This document shows positions 10,989 to 21,901 of a stretch of DNA of 64,000 nucleotides, piece by piece. The translations under genes were made by a program, and so were the position numbers. The first letter of the stretch is position 1, and each line of letters starts with the position of its first letter. Where the stretch lies: contig JAUVXW010000021.1 of NCBI GenBank assembly GCA_030603385.1, forward strand, positions 1-64,000. Direction: 5' to 3'. The notes below the pieces were generated by a model that was not told the DNA's origin, made no database searches, and worked only from the letters and a program-made list of their open reading frames with translations. The stretch is from Promethearchaeota archaeon (GTDB lineage Archaea > Asgardarchaeota > Lokiarchaeia > Sigyniarchaeales > SOKP01).

Positions 10989-11401
10989 TTTGAGTTGGAA
11001 AAGGAATTAGATACTCTGAGTACTAAGGATACAATGCCCGGTTTGTGGATCTGCACAAACTGGTTCAAGACAGTATCATCGCTCGAACGGAACACGGACT
11101 GTAGAAGAATGAAGGGCTTTTTTTACCATTAATTTTATTTTTAAACTGAGTTAGACGTTCAATTCAAGATTTTATTTAATGAAATTTTCTATAATGTGTT
11201 ACTGCAATTTTAAAGGATATTAGAATATATATATCAGCAACGGGATCCATGAAGCTAACATTACCCCATTTATTGGTAGCTGAAAAAAAAGATCTAAAAA
11301 TGAATTCTTTAGAATTATATTAAAGATATAATTACTGAAAAATAATAAAAATCAAGCAAAAAAATTTAAAGTTGATTATCTATTAAATTTATAGAATAAA
11401 T

Positions 11402-11644
11402 ATGACAGATATTAAATTTTCCATTTCAGAACATCTAATAGAAAGAATGAAGAAATATCCTGAAATTGATTGGGAAAGAGTGGCAAAAAGCGCTGTAAAA
11501 AAATATTTACAGAAGCTTGAGGTTACAGATAAATTATTATCAAACAGCACAGTAACATTAGAAGACGCTGAAAAGATGGGGGATGATATTAAACAAAAAA
11601 TGTGGGAAAGACATAAACTTTACTTAGAGAATATCGAAGAATGA
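11402..11644 (+). CDS. Putative antitoxin (RHH/VapB-like)
   Basis: 80 aa with ERMKKYPEIDWERVAKSAV, typical of archaeal RHH-type antitoxins; ATGA overlap with the PIN gene. Confidence 0.7.
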   Translation: MTDIKFSISEHLIERMKKYPEIDWERVAKSAVKKYLQKLEVTDKLLSNSTVTLEDAEKMGDDIKQKMWERHKLYLENIEE

Positions 11645-12060
11645 AGTTAATTTTAGATACTAATGTCTTTTTTTCTGGAATAATAAAAGATTCAATAACT
11701 AGAAAAATTTTATTGTATCCAGATTATGAATTTTACATCCCCGACTTCTTCCTAATTGAACTAAAGAAATACGAAGAGTATCTTATAAATAAAACTGGAC
11801 TTGAAAAACTTAAATTCAAACAATTATTAAAAGATATTCTTGAGAATATTTATCTTGTTCCTATTAATGAGTACTCGGACAAATTAATTAAAGCCAAAGA
11901 AATTATTGGTAATATTGATAAGAAAGATATTCCATTCATAGCAGTCGCCTTATCCTTCAAGAATAATGGAATATGGACTGACGATAAACATTTTAAAGAA
12001 CAATTTGAAATAAAGATTTATTCTACAAAAGAATTGATTGTAGAGTTAGGATTGGAATAG
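11641..12060 (+). CDS. PIN-domain (VapC-like) toxin
   Basis: LILDTNV, D.KD.PFIAVAL and IWTDDKHF motifs. Confidence 0.9.
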   Translation: MKLILDTNVFFSGIIKDSITRKILLYPDYEFYIPDFFLIELKKYEEYLINKTGLEKLKFKQLLKDILENIYLVPINEYSDKLIKAKEIIGNIDKKDIPFIAVALSFKNNGIWTDDKHFKEQFEIKIYSTKELIVELGLE

Positions 12061-12150
12061 AAGAATCAAAAAGTCTATTTTTTTTTAAGAAGGATTATTA
12101 CCTTTTATACTTGAATTTAAATTCGAATAAAATCAAAAAGAAAGAGACAA

Positions 12151-13725
12151 TTGATGTTTTACAAGACAATTGAGAAAGACAAGCTCAAGCTTTCATTCAC
12201 ATCATATATGAGGAGGAGACCTGAGCTTGAAGAGAAGCGTTTAGAAATTCATACGGCGCTATCGAAGATAGTTGGTAAAGAGGATGTTGTCACTGAAGAA
12301 TCACAATTACTCTCCTACCACTACTCACAACTGCCTGGAGGAATTCCTCTAAGACGTACCACAGTAGCAAAGGGTATGTACGTAATTGTAATGGCTGACT
12401 TTGCCGTCTATCCTGAAACAACAGAGGAAGTACAGGAGATAGTCAAGCTAGCAAATCAATACATCATCCCCATAGTACCCTTCGCTGGGGGAAGTGGCCT
12501 CGGAATCACAGCGCCTTCTGGTGGTATCATTCTAGATTTGAAAAAATTAGACCGAATTATTGACATTGACGAGATATCTCATACAGTGACAGTTGAAGCA
12601 GGGATCTATGTGTTCGACTTAGAAAATGAGTTGAATAAAAGAGGCTTTGAACTTGAACACTACCCCGCCTCCTATTTTTGTTCATGTATTGGTGGTTTTA
12701 TTGGAGATCGTTCGGCAGGTCGATTGTCGACGAAATATGGAAAGATAGAGAAAATGGTTCTTGGCATGAAGGTTGTACTGCCAAATGGTAAGTTGATTGA
12801 TACACCGAAAGTCCCTGCTCACGCTGTTGGTCCTGACCTGAATAACCTTTTCATTGGGATGGGGGGCACACTTGGAGTTACCACAGAAGTCACTCTCAAA
12901 ATATACCCGAAACCTGAGAAGCGGACATTCAAATCTTTTCTTTTACCGGACCTCGATAGTGGGTTCGAAGCAATGAGAAAGATTATGCAGGAGGATCTTA
13001 ATCCATGTATGGCTCGATTGTATGATCCTATCGAAACTAACAGTCAGTTATTCAAGTATCATCTTGTGACACCACCCTCTAGAGAAAAACTGGAGAGCAT
13101 GCCAGGTTGCTGTTAGCTAATCTTAGGATTCGATGGAAAAGAAGAGCTCGTAGATCTTTTGAATCAATGGGCATTGAAAATCCTTCAGCAACATGGAGCT
13201 ACAGATCTTGGATTTGCTGAGGGACAATTTTGGTGGGATCATAGTCTCGATGATTACTATAAGGGATTTGGTAGACCAACAAGACAATCAGAGTTCTTCC
13301 CCGATGATACTCCCTATACAGGAGGAGTTTTTGATTATATAGTACCTATGAAATACATCAGTCAAATTTGGAAAGAAACCAGTGAAGCACTCAAGAAAGC
13401 CTATCCTAAGTCAATCCTTTATGGACACTTCTCGCATTGGTATAAAACTGCGACGATGATGTATCCAATGGTATACATCTGGGATTTGCCAGATGATCCC
13501 GCGGAGTTAGCAAAGGCATACTTTAAGGCTCAAGCCATTTGCTTAGAGCCTGTTTACAAATATGGTGGAGCTTTTCAGCACCATCATGGAGTAGGTAGGA
13601 TTTATGCTATGCAGATGCCAAGACAATGGGGCAAAGGGGGATTCGAGGCTATTCGTGCCATCAAGAATGCTCTTGATCCTAATAATATAATGAATCCTGG
13701 TAATCTAGGTTTTGAGGTGAAATAA
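12151..13725 (+). CDS. FAD-binding oxidoreductase, alkyl-DHAP synthase (AGPS)-like, interrupted by in-frame TAG at 13114-13116 (recoded or pseudogene)
   Basis: ORFs 12151-13116 and 13159-13725 are in the same frame (...MPGCC*LILGFDGKEELVDLLNQW...). FAD_binding_4 N-terminus (PFAGGSG, HYPAS...IGG) and C-terminal HFSHWY and QHHHGVG. Confidence 0.75.
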
Positions 13726-14856
13726 ATGACTGAGAAAGACTATCTTACTAATAACATTCAAGATGAGATTTGGTATTGCCTACAGTGCATGATGTGCAAA
13801 GCAACATGTACAACACATCATTATACACGACGAGAGGAGGATGCTCCTGAGCCCAGAGTCCATCTTGTTGAATTAGTGCGTAGAGGATTTTTGGATTGGG
13901 ATGAATCTTCTGCTGAAACAATATATCATTGTAGCCTTTGCGGACTTTGTAGAGAATGGTGCGCATCTAAACAAGACATCTCTACAATCATGACCACAGC
14001 AAGAGCAGATGTTGTGAATCAAGGATTAGCACCTGATAGTGTTGTAAGAGTCGATGAGAGTCTGAACAATCTCAAAAATGCTTATGGAAAACCATTGGGT
14101 GAACGCTTCAATGGCATTCCCCTAGCTGGTAGCAGTGTCAATGATGCAGAGGTTATCTATTTCATAGGGTGTCTCAGCGGTTATGATAGACAAGAGATTC
14201 CAAAAGCTATGATCAAAATCCTTGAAGCTGCGGGAGTGAATTATACTGTTCTAAAAGGAGAAGAATGGTGTTGTGGTCTTCCTGCATATCAACTAGGTCT
14301 CAGGGATAGAGCCAGGGAGATGTCCGAGCATAATGCGAAGTTTATAACAGCAACTGGCGTCAAGACTGTAATTGCTTCCTGTCCTGGATGTGCAAGAGCC
14401 TTAGATCTTGAATATCCAAAGTGGGGGACAAAACTCGATGTGGAAGTCTTGCATCACACAGTATTCATCAAGAAATTGCTTGATGAGGGGAGATTAAAGC
14501 TAAAGAAGCCTATCACGAAAAAACTGACCTATCACGATCCTTGTCACTTGGGTCGAGACATGAAAATTTATGATGCTCCTCGAGAGGTTCTCAAGCAGGT
14601 TTCTGAATCTGATATTCTTGAGATGTTCGCTACACGTGAGAAAGCTCTCTGCTGTGGGTCTGGAGGAGGATACAAACTCACCAATCCAGAACAGGCTAAT
14701 AAAATGGGGAGCAGGATTACTGATGAAGCCGCCTTCGTGAAAGCTGATATCCTTGTTTCTGCTTGCCCCCTATGTAAAGAATCCTTCTCCAAGGATGCAG
14801 GAGAAAAAGGGCTTGAATTGAAGGATATTGCCGAGCTTATAATTGACTCACTGTAG
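13726..14856 (+). CDS. Fe-S oxidoreductase (GlpC/HdrD-like, two 4Fe-4S motifs plus CCG domains)
   Basis: CLQCMMCKATC, CSLCGLCREWC, EWCCG, YHDPCHLGR and CCGSGGG motifs. Confidence 0.9.
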   Translation: MTEKDYLTNNIQDEIWYCLQCMMCKATCTTHHYTRREEDAPEPRVHLVELVRRGFLDWDESSAETIYHCSLCGLCREWCASKQDISTIMTTARADVVNQGLAPDSVVRVDESLNNLKNAYGKPLGERFNGIPLAGSSVNDAEVIYFIGCLSGYDRQEIPKAMIKILEAAGVNYTVLKGEEWCCGLPAYQLGLRDRAREMSEHNAKFITATGVKTVIASCPGCARALDLEYPKWGTKLDVEVLHHTVFIKKLLDEGRLKLKKPITKKLTYHDPCHLGRDMKIYDAPREVLKQVSESDILEMFATREKALCCGSGGGYKLTNPEQANKMGSRITDEAAFVKADILVSACPLCKESFSKDAGEKGLELKDIAELIIDSL

Positions 14857-15034
14857 GGAGCTAATGAATGATGAAGACAACTCTGTTTTCCTCATACATG
14901 AGCTTGAGTTAATTTAGATCCATAACATTTTCAACTTTTTTTTTATACAATTTTCGAGAAATGTTTTTTATTCTTTTAAGATTAAAGTACTTTAATATTA
15001 TTCAATTAAATCTTAAGTTTGAGATGGAAAGATA

Positions 15035-16360
15035 ATGACTAAGGTTTTTATTTCTGATACGAAAAGAGGGGTAAAAAAGGCTGTTGAGGAGATTTTTTCT
15101 AATCTCGAAAAAGATGGACTCGAAATAAAAAGTTCAAAAGATATTTATATTAAAGTTAATGGGATAAACATTTATCCACATGTTCACACATCACCTGAAG
15201 TTTTAGAAGCTGTGATAGAATATCTTAAAAATAAAGGGGGAAAAATTCACGTAATGGAAAATGCATCCCAATGTGCTGTTACCAGAGTTGTCTTTGCAGT
15301 GACGGGGTATAAGGAAATTTGCGAAAAATTAAGAGCAAATATAATATATCTAGACGAAGAAGATACAAAAACATTTGAGTTCAAGGGGAAGGCTTCAGTG
15401 AAAGATGATCCTAAGGGATATAATTTAAAGACATTTAGATTGCCGGAAACAATAGTTAAGATAATAGAAAATAGAGATAAGTACACCTATATAAATTTAC
15501 CAAAACTTAAAACTCATTGTATGACAAGAGTAACCCTTGGTATTAAAAATCAATGGGGCTATCCACAACACGAGGATCGTGGCAAGGATCACAATTTCAA
15601 TTTGCATTCTAAACTGGTGGATGTATTTGAGTATATTCGTCCCGATGTAACAATTATTGATGGTATAACTGGTACTATTCACGGACATTATCCTCCTATA
15701 GCTTTTAATGATAGACAAATCATTAGGTTCGATATTCTTATAGGAGGGAGAGATACACTAGCCGTTGATGTTGTAGGAGCAAGAATATTTGGAATGACAC
15801 TAGATGAAGTTCCACATCTTAAAATAGCTAATGAAAGAGGACTCGGTGAAGGGATTTTGAGTAACATCAACGTGATTGGAAAGAATTTAGATGATTATAA
15901 GGAGAAATATGAATGGGATTTAATACAACAATTTCCAGAGGACGTCAAAATTGTAAAGGGTAAAGATTTGTTGTGTATAGAAGGTTGTCAAAATAATACG
16001 TTAAATTGCTTGCAACTATGTGCTTATGATGTTCCAGAAAAATTCAAGGGCGGTTGGTTCATAATCATGGGTAAGGGTCATGATGATAATCTCGTAGAGC
16101 AGTTAAAAGAAGAAGGATATAAGAAAGGACTCGTGGTTGGGTATTGCGCAATCGATGAGGTGGACGAAAAACTCATGAAGGAGTTTGGTAAGAGGAATGT
16201 ATATTTATCTGGAGATTGCAATAACCTTGTGGAAACTCTAGGGGCAGAACTTGCATTATCTGGAGTGAACGGGTTTGATCTATTGCCAAACATCCCACCA
16301 GATCGATTTCTAAAACTTGTTAAAGAGGCTCGGAAGCACGGAACTACAGCGTTATTTTAA
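15035..16360 (+). CDS. DUF362 family Fe-S protein
   Basis: IKVN, INLPKLKTH...VTLGIKNQWG and D.LAVD motifs. Confidence 0.8.
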   Translation: MTKVFISDTKRGVKKAVEEIFSNLEKDGLEIKSSKDIYIKVNGINIYPHVHTSPEVLEAVIEYLKNKGGKIHVMENASQCAVTRVVFAVTGYKEICEKLRANIIYLDEEDTKTFEFKGKASVKDDPKGYNLKTFRLPETIVKIIENRDKYTYINLPKLKTHCMTRVTLGIKNQWGYPQHEDRGKDHNFNLHSKLVDVFEYIRPDVTIIDGITGTIHGHYPPIAFNDRQIIRFDILIGGRDTLAVDVVGARIFGMTLDEVPHLKIANERGLGEGILSNINVIGKNLDDYKEKYEWDLIQQFPEDVKIVKGKDLLCIEGCQNNTLNCLQLCAYDVPEKFKGGWFIIMGKGHDDNLVEQLKEEGYKKGLVVGYCAIDEVDEKLMKEFGKRNVYLSGDCNNLVETLGAELALSGVNGFDLLPNIPPDRFLKLVKEARKHGTTALF

Positions 16361-16385
16361 TCATAATAGAAAAGGTTTAACTCCT

Positions 16386-17258
16386 TTAAACTAATAATTT
16401 GGGGTATTTATTTTCCCTTCTAAGTTCAATTTCAATAACCTTGTTCAATAGTTCTTCACGTTCTTTACCAGATAATACCTCTAATTTTCTAATATTTAAT
16501 GGATCCACCTTTTCTCTCAAAAGAGAGATTTCAGAATCCGTGGGTGGCCTTGTTTCCTTCAACTTATCTGGGATGATTAATTCAAATCCAGTTGAATCTT
16601 TAAGAGTTTCAAGGTTAACACCAGGATGAAGTGATCCTAATCTCATGCTTTTAGTATCATCATCAAAATCTAAATAAGCAAGATTAGTAATAACGCACTG
16701 AGGTCCTGATCCCCCACATATAGAAGGTTTCCCTTTAGGAAATCCTACGCCAGAGATAAAATCAAGTTTTTCAACAAAGGTTCGTGTGTCATGTCGGGGT
16801 GTATAGAGGAAAGACCCACGAGCATAAAACATGCTAAAATCAAGTATACCCGCAGCCCCTGGAAGCCTTATTTTTGGTTTATCCCAATCTCCAATACATA
16901 TATTATTTGTATTTCCATATTGATCTATCTGAGCTGGCCTAAAGAATTCGATTGTCGTTAACTTATCAGAAGGAAGTGATTCCAATGTACATTCTACACT
17001 GTCTTGAAATCTATAAGCTCTCGCTGTGTTCATTTCAAGATATAGTAAACTAACCTGCCGAGGTTCCATAACAAATGTATTTCCCATAATGTAATGGTAA
17101 ATTGCATCAGGTGCATGGGTTACTTTTGCTAAAGTGAAAGCAGCCCATACCATGGGAGTTGCAACTCCTACGATCATCACATCATCATTTCTAACTTCCC
17201 TTGCCATTAAGACAGTCATCAATTCATCTATAGTATAGTCTTTCGAAAATTCACTCAT
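16386..17258 (-). CDS. CoA-transferase beta subunit (GctB/CatJ-like)
   Basis: AQIDQYGNTN, RLPGAAG, FVEKLDFISG and VITNLA motifs. Confidence 0.85.
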   Translation of the reverse strand: MSEFSKDYTIDELMTVLMAREVRNDDVMIVGVATPMVWAAFTLAKVTHAPDAIYHYIMGNTFVMEPRQVSLLYLEMNTARAYRFQDSVECTLESLPSDKLTTIEFFRPAQIDQYGNTNNICIGDWDKPKIRLPGAAGILDFSMFYARGSFLYTPRHDTRTFVEKLDFISGVGFPKGKPSICGGSGPQCVITNLAYLDFDDDTKSMRLGSLHPGVNLETLKDSTGFELIIPDKLKETRPPTDSEISLLREKVDPLNIRKLEVLSGKEREELLNKVIEIELRRENKYPKLLV

Positions 17259-17270
17259 TATCTTTCCCTC

Positions 17271-18131
17271 CTACAATAGAATATTATAAATAGTTTGTAC
17301 TCCACCTGCTTCTTCCAAATATTGAGCAGCAGTTTTATTTGTTATGAATTTCTTTTTATATTCTTCAAAATTTGTTTTTAAATAGCATTGAATATGAAGC
17401 GGATCAAATGTGTAAAAAGGGTAGCATGAGGTTGGATGTGCTCCAAAAGGTTTTTTCACAACAGCATTGGTAGTTTGCATAGGTAATTGCGCTTTCCCTG
17501 GTAAATAGCGAATGTCTTCAGTTTCCACTAATTTTTCACAGATAATAATTGTTTTTTTTGCGGTCTTTGCCATATCCGCATCCATCCACACAGCACCTGG
17601 GATATTTCCGTTTCCGAATTCATCAGCATATGGTACATGTAAAATTGCCACATCTAGATCAATCTTCGGAACAGCCATAATCTGAGTTCCCGAGCCAAGA
17701 GGATCTTCAATTTGCTTTATATCCTTCCTTACTTTTGGCATATCGGTTCCAATGATTCCTTTTAAAGGCATGAATGGAACTTTCAAGTAAGAAGCTCTTA
17801 ATCCTAAACCAATAGTTGCTTCACTTTCCTCAGAAATCTTTATTGAACCCGACTCTACTGCTTTTCTATAGTGTGGTGCCATGCCAAAAATCTCCATACC
17901 CACGAAACAACTCTTTACTTCTGATATGCATCTACCAGCGATAAGCATATCAACATCAATTCCTCCGACGAATGTACATACTGTTAAATCTTTTTTATTT
18001 TGCCGAATTATCTCCCGACATGCGCTGATTGCCTTTCTCCAAAACGAAAGTCCTCCAATCCCAACAATATCTCCATCATTTACATAAGTTGAAACTGCTT
18101 CTTCTAAGGTCATTAATTTACTCTCAACCAT
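17271..18131 (-). CDS. CoA-transferase alpha subunit (GctA/CatI-like)
   Basis: VNDGDIVGIGG, DVAILHV..ADEFGN and PFGAHPTSC motifs. Confidence 0.85.
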   Translation of the reverse strand: MVESKLMTLEEAVSTYVNDGDIVGIGGLSFWRKAISACREIIRQNKKDLTVCTFVGGIDVDMLIAGRCISEVKSCFVGMEIFGMAPHYRKAVESGSIKISEESEATIGLGLRASYLKVPFMPLKGIIGTDMPKVRKDIKQIEDPLGSGTQIMAVPKIDLDVAILHVPYADEFGNGNIPGAVWMDADMAKTAKKTIIICEKLVETEDIRYLPGKAQLPMQTTNAVVKKPFGAHPTSCYPFYTFDPLHIQCYLKTNFEEYKKKFITNKTAAQYLEEAGGVQTIYNILL

Positions 18132-18408
18132 TAAGACTCTCCAATTTTTAAGCTACTTTAGGATCTTTTTGAGTTTCATTTAGGAATAATAATTGTTTTT
18201 CAAATTAAAAGTAATAAGTTATTTCAGAGGTAAAATTCCTTTATTCATACAAGAACATTTTCTGATAAATTGAACAAATAAAATTTATTTTCAATTATAA
18301 TATGATTACTCATAAGTGATTTAGTTTAAATGTAAATCTACCTTACTACTTTTACAACCGATGTTTTTATTGTTCTAAAGCCATTTCTATTATATTTAAA
18401 GATTAACG

Positions 18409-19131
18409 ATGGTATCCAAAAACACTGATTGCATAAATTCATTTCAAGAAAGAATAACTCTTGCTGCAGAGTGGATTAAAAAATCTAAATATCTTGTTGT
18501 TTTTACGGGAGCGGGAATTAGCACTGAATCCGGGCTTCCTGATTACAGAGGAATATGGAGTTCAGAAATAAATAAAGACGCTCTCTATAATGCATTATCA
18601 GTTGATTGGAAAAAAGTAAAACCCAACGATGCTCATGTTGCATTGGTTAAGCTACAAGAACTAAACATTTTGAAATTTCTTATCTCTCAAAATATCGATA
18701 ATCTCCACTTAGCATCTGGAATTCGCGATGAACTAATAGCAGAACTCCATGGGAATCTGACATTGGCCAGATGCCAGCAGTGTGGAAAGAAACATGCTAA
18801 AACATGGGATCGCCCCAATATGTGCTATTGTGGAGGCCATATTACATCTTTTATCATTAAATTTGGTGATGACCTTCCCAAAGAGGAGTTAGACAAGTCA
18901 TTAAATCACTCAAAACTAGCTGATGTCTTTCTAATGGTTGGCTCATCTCTAATAACACAACCTGCTGGAAGTTTACCAAGAATTGCTAAAAGGAACAAAG
19001 CTAAGCTAATTTTCGTTAATCGAGGGGAAACCGCTTTAGATCGATTAGCAGATTTAAGATTCAATGAGAACGCTAGTAAAGTGTTAAATGAAATTATAAA
19101 AAAAATTGTTAAAAAGGAGAAATCTCAATAA
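18409..19131 (+). CDS. Sir2-family NAD-dependent protein deacylase
   Basis: TGAGISTESGLPDYRG, SQNIDNLH, ELHGN, CxxC and VGSSL motifs. Confidence 0.9.
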   Translation: MVSKNTDCINSFQERITLAAEWIKKSKYLVVFTGAGISTESGLPDYRGIWSSEINKDALYNALSVDWKKVKPNDAHVALVKLQELNILKFLISQNIDNLHLASGIRDELIAELHGNLTLARCQQCGKKHAKTWDRPNMCYCGGHITSFIIKFGDDLPKEELDKSLNHSKLADVFLMVGSSLITQPAGSLPRIAKRNKAKLIFVNRGETALDRLADLRFNENASKVLNEIIKKIVKKEKSQ

Positions 19132-19132
19132 A

Positions 19133-19312
19133 ATGAACTTGTCTAATGAAAAGTCCCAAAAATCTTTACAAGAGTTTAAAGTCAATGACTTTATTACCTT
19201 AAAATTGGAAGGAAACAATACTGTCATTTATGTAGACGGTAAAGAATTCAATCATTGTAAATATTTATTATTAAAAATCCCAATTGATGAAAAATTAAAG
19301 AATTTAGGATGA
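19133..19312 (+). pseudogene. Truncated N-terminal domain of the Lokiarchaeia-expanded LRR-associated protein family
   Basis: EFKVNDFITLKLEGNNTVIYVDGKEFNHCKYLLLKIP resembles the recurrent Loki N-terminal module; it stops after ~59 aa. Confidence 0.55.
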
Positions 19313-19425
19313 ATACACATATTTTAAAGTTTCTAAGCAATAATGATTCAATTAAAAATAGTAATAGTTTTATAAAATTTCATATGTTTTGAGTATATTG
19401 AAATCAATAAAAAAGGTAAATTAAT

Positions 19426-21693
19426 TTGAATAAATATGAAAAATTTGAGGGCGTGATTGGTCGCACTCATAATGAATCAACTCCTTGGTGGCCTGCTCCA
19501 AAACGGGTAGGAGACGGTAGCCCAAATGTGATTATAGTCCTGCTTGATGACACTGGTTTTGCCCATTTTGGTTGTTATGGCTCAAGTATCGAAACTCCCA
19601 ATTTTGATCGTCTAGCTGAAGGTGGTCTTCGATACACTAATTTTCACACTACAGCTTTGTGTTCTCCTACCCGTGCTTGTTTATTAACCGGACGGAATCA
19701 TCATACTGTAGGTATGCGAGCTATCTCTAATTTTAATCCTGGATTTCCTAATATGCGAGGATATATCACTCCACATGCAGCAACTCTGGCAGAAATCCTA
19801 CGTGACGATGGTTATGCTACCATGGCTGTTGGTAAATGGCATCTAGCTCCTATGGAACATGCATCAGTCGCAGGTCCATTTGACCATTGGCCTCTCCAAC
19901 GTGGGTTTAATCGATTCTACGGATTTATGCAAGGTGAAACTGATCAATTTTATCCTGAGTTAACCTATGATAATCATCCTATTGATCCTCCTTATCGTCC
20001 TGAAGAAGGATATCACGTTACTGAGGATTTCATTGACAAATCTATTCAATTCATACGTGATCATAAATCAATAAGACCTGATCAGCCATTTTTTCTATAT
20101 CTTGCAACTGGTGCGACACATGCTCCGCATCAATCACCAAGAGAGTTTATTGAAAAATATCGTGGTCGATTTGATGCTGGTTGGGATGTTCTTCGAGAAG
20201 AATGGTACAAAAGGCAACTCCAGATGGGTATTATCCCTCCTGACACCAAACTTGCCCCTCGTAATCCTGGAGTACAACCTTGGGATGAATTGTCAGAGAA
20301 TATGAAAAAATTTGCTCTGCGGCTTCAGGAAGCTTTCGCAGCCTTTCTTGATCACACTGATCATCATATTGGACGGTTAATCTCTTTTCTTGAAGAGTTG
20401 GGTGAATTGGAGAATACTCTTATTATATTATTAGCTGACAATGGAGCAAGCATGGAAGGGGGACATACGGGTGTAATGGACGAGTTCAAATATTTTAATG
20501 CGATATCAGAGGACGTAGATGCTATACAGAATAGATTAGATGATATTGGTGGACCACATAGTCACACTAACATTCCTTGGGGATGGGCTCAAGTGGGCAA
20601 TACACCTCTTAAGTGGTATAAATCACATATTTTTGGGGGTGGTGTTCGTGATCCACTAATTATCCATTGGCCAAAACGAATTAAAGATCAGGGTGGTATA
20701 CGCAATCAATTCCATTATATCACAGATATTGCACCAACAATCCTTGATATCCTCAAAATTGAGCCCCCTTTGATATATAGGGGAAATAATCAGATACCAA
20801 TATCAGGTACATCGATGACCTACACTTTTAATGCACCAAGTGAGAAATCTCATAAGAAAGTCCAACATTTTGAAATGTTCGGCAACCGTGGTATCTGGGT
20901 TGATGGTTGGAAAGCAGTAACCACTCACAGACAAGGACAACCATATGATGATGAAGAGTGGGAGCTATATAACTTAAAAGAAGACTTTTCAGAATGCAAT
21001 AACTTAGCTGAGAAGTATCCTGATAAGCTTCGGAAGTTAATCGACCTATGGTGGGTTGAAGCTGGTAAGTATGATGTGCTACCATTAGATGATAGGAGAG
21101 CTGAGCTATTTGGGGTTCGATTTGAACCTGGATCCCCTCATGCACGCCGAGAATATACATATTTTCCTCCAATTGCTCATTTACCTGCTGAAGTTTCTCC
21201 TGCCGTTGGAAATCGAACCTGGTTAATGACAGCAGACATCGAGCGATCTAATGAAAGAGATGAAGGTGCACTGGTTGCGATGGGAACTCAAAATTGCGGA
21301 TACTGTTGGTATATTAAAGACAATCACTCTGTATTTGACTATAACATCTTCACAGAACACCACATAGTGCGTTCAAATACTACTGTTCCCTCCGGTGAAT
21401 GCTCACTTGGGGTCAATTTTGTACGAAAAGGAAGGAAAGGTACAATCATTCTTACAATAGACGAAAAGGAATGCGGTTCTATTCAAGTTCCCTATATAAT
21501 GCGAATGATATCATCTACAGGATTAGATATTGGGAGAAATAGTTTATCACCCATCACAGATGACTATAAAGCACCGTTTGATTTTACAGGGACAATAAAA
21601 AAGATAAACATTAAGTTACCTCGCTATAAAAAACCATCGCAAATACGTGAGGATGCTAAAACTCAATTTCGTGCTGAGATGTCTAAACAATAA
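19426..21693 (+). CDS. Arylsulfatase (Cys-type, AtsA/AtsD-like)
   Basis: LLDDTGF, CSPTRACLLTGR and GKWHL motifs. Confidence 0.92.
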   Translation: MNKYEKFEGVIGRTHNESTPWWPAPKRVGDGSPNVIIVLLDDTGFAHFGCYGSSIETPNFDRLAEGGLRYTNFHTTALCSPTRACLLTGRNHHTVGMRAISNFNPGFPNMRGYITPHAATLAEILRDDGYATMAVGKWHLAPMEHASVAGPFDHWPLQRGFNRFYGFMQGETDQFYPELTYDNHPIDPPYRPEEGYHVTEDFIDKSIQFIRDHKSIRPDQPFFLYLATGATHAPHQSPREFIEKYRGRFDAGWDVLREEWYKRQLQMGIIPPDTKLAPRNPGVQPWDELSENMKKFALRLQEAFAAFLDHTDHHIGRLISFLEELGELENTLIILLADNGASMEGGHTGVMDEFKYFNAISEDVDAIQNRLDDIGGPHSHTNIPWGWAQVGNTPLKWYKSHIFGGGVRDPLIIHWPKRIKDQGGIRNQFHYITDIAPTILDILKIEPPLIYRGNNQIPISGTSMTYTFNAPSEKSHKKVQHFEMFGNRGIWVDGWKAVTTHRQGQPYDDEEWELYNLKEDFSECNNLAEKYPDKLRKLIDLWWVEAGKYDVLPLDDRRAELFGVRFEPGSPHARREYTYFPPIAHLPAEVSPAVGNRTWLMTADIERSNERDEGALVAMGTQNCGYCWYIKDNHSVFDYNIFTEHHIVRSNTTVPSGECSLGVNFVRKGRKGTIILTIDEKECGSIQVPYIMRMISSTGLDIGRNSLSPITDDYKAPFDFTGTIKKINIKLPRYKKPSQIREDAKTQFRAEMSKQ

Positions 21694-21901
21694 TCTCCTA
21701 ATCAATATTTAAATTTCAAATATGAAGTTATATAACATTTTTTTTTACATTAAAATCCAATTTTAAATGAGTAGAACAACTTATTTTAAAAATTTATATA
21801 ATTTGCTACTGAAATAATAATATTATTTATTTTATGAATCACATCCTAGATAAAAAAATTAAATAAAATACCAACATGAATCAATAATTTGGAGATAAAA
21901 T

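Noticed and set aside
13081-13140. BHB intron as an explanation for the TAG in the AGPS-like gene
   Set aside because: I could not build a 4-bp helix with two 3-nt bulges around the stop, and the frame is unchanged across it.
14859-14904. Hairpin with ATGA...AA...GA after the Fe-S oxidoreductase, resembling a eukaryote-like SECIS
   Set aside because: The 3' GA is out of register with the 5' UGA, so the quartet cannot form. The upstream in-frame stop is TAG, not TGA. It may be a terminator or the remnant of a following gene start.
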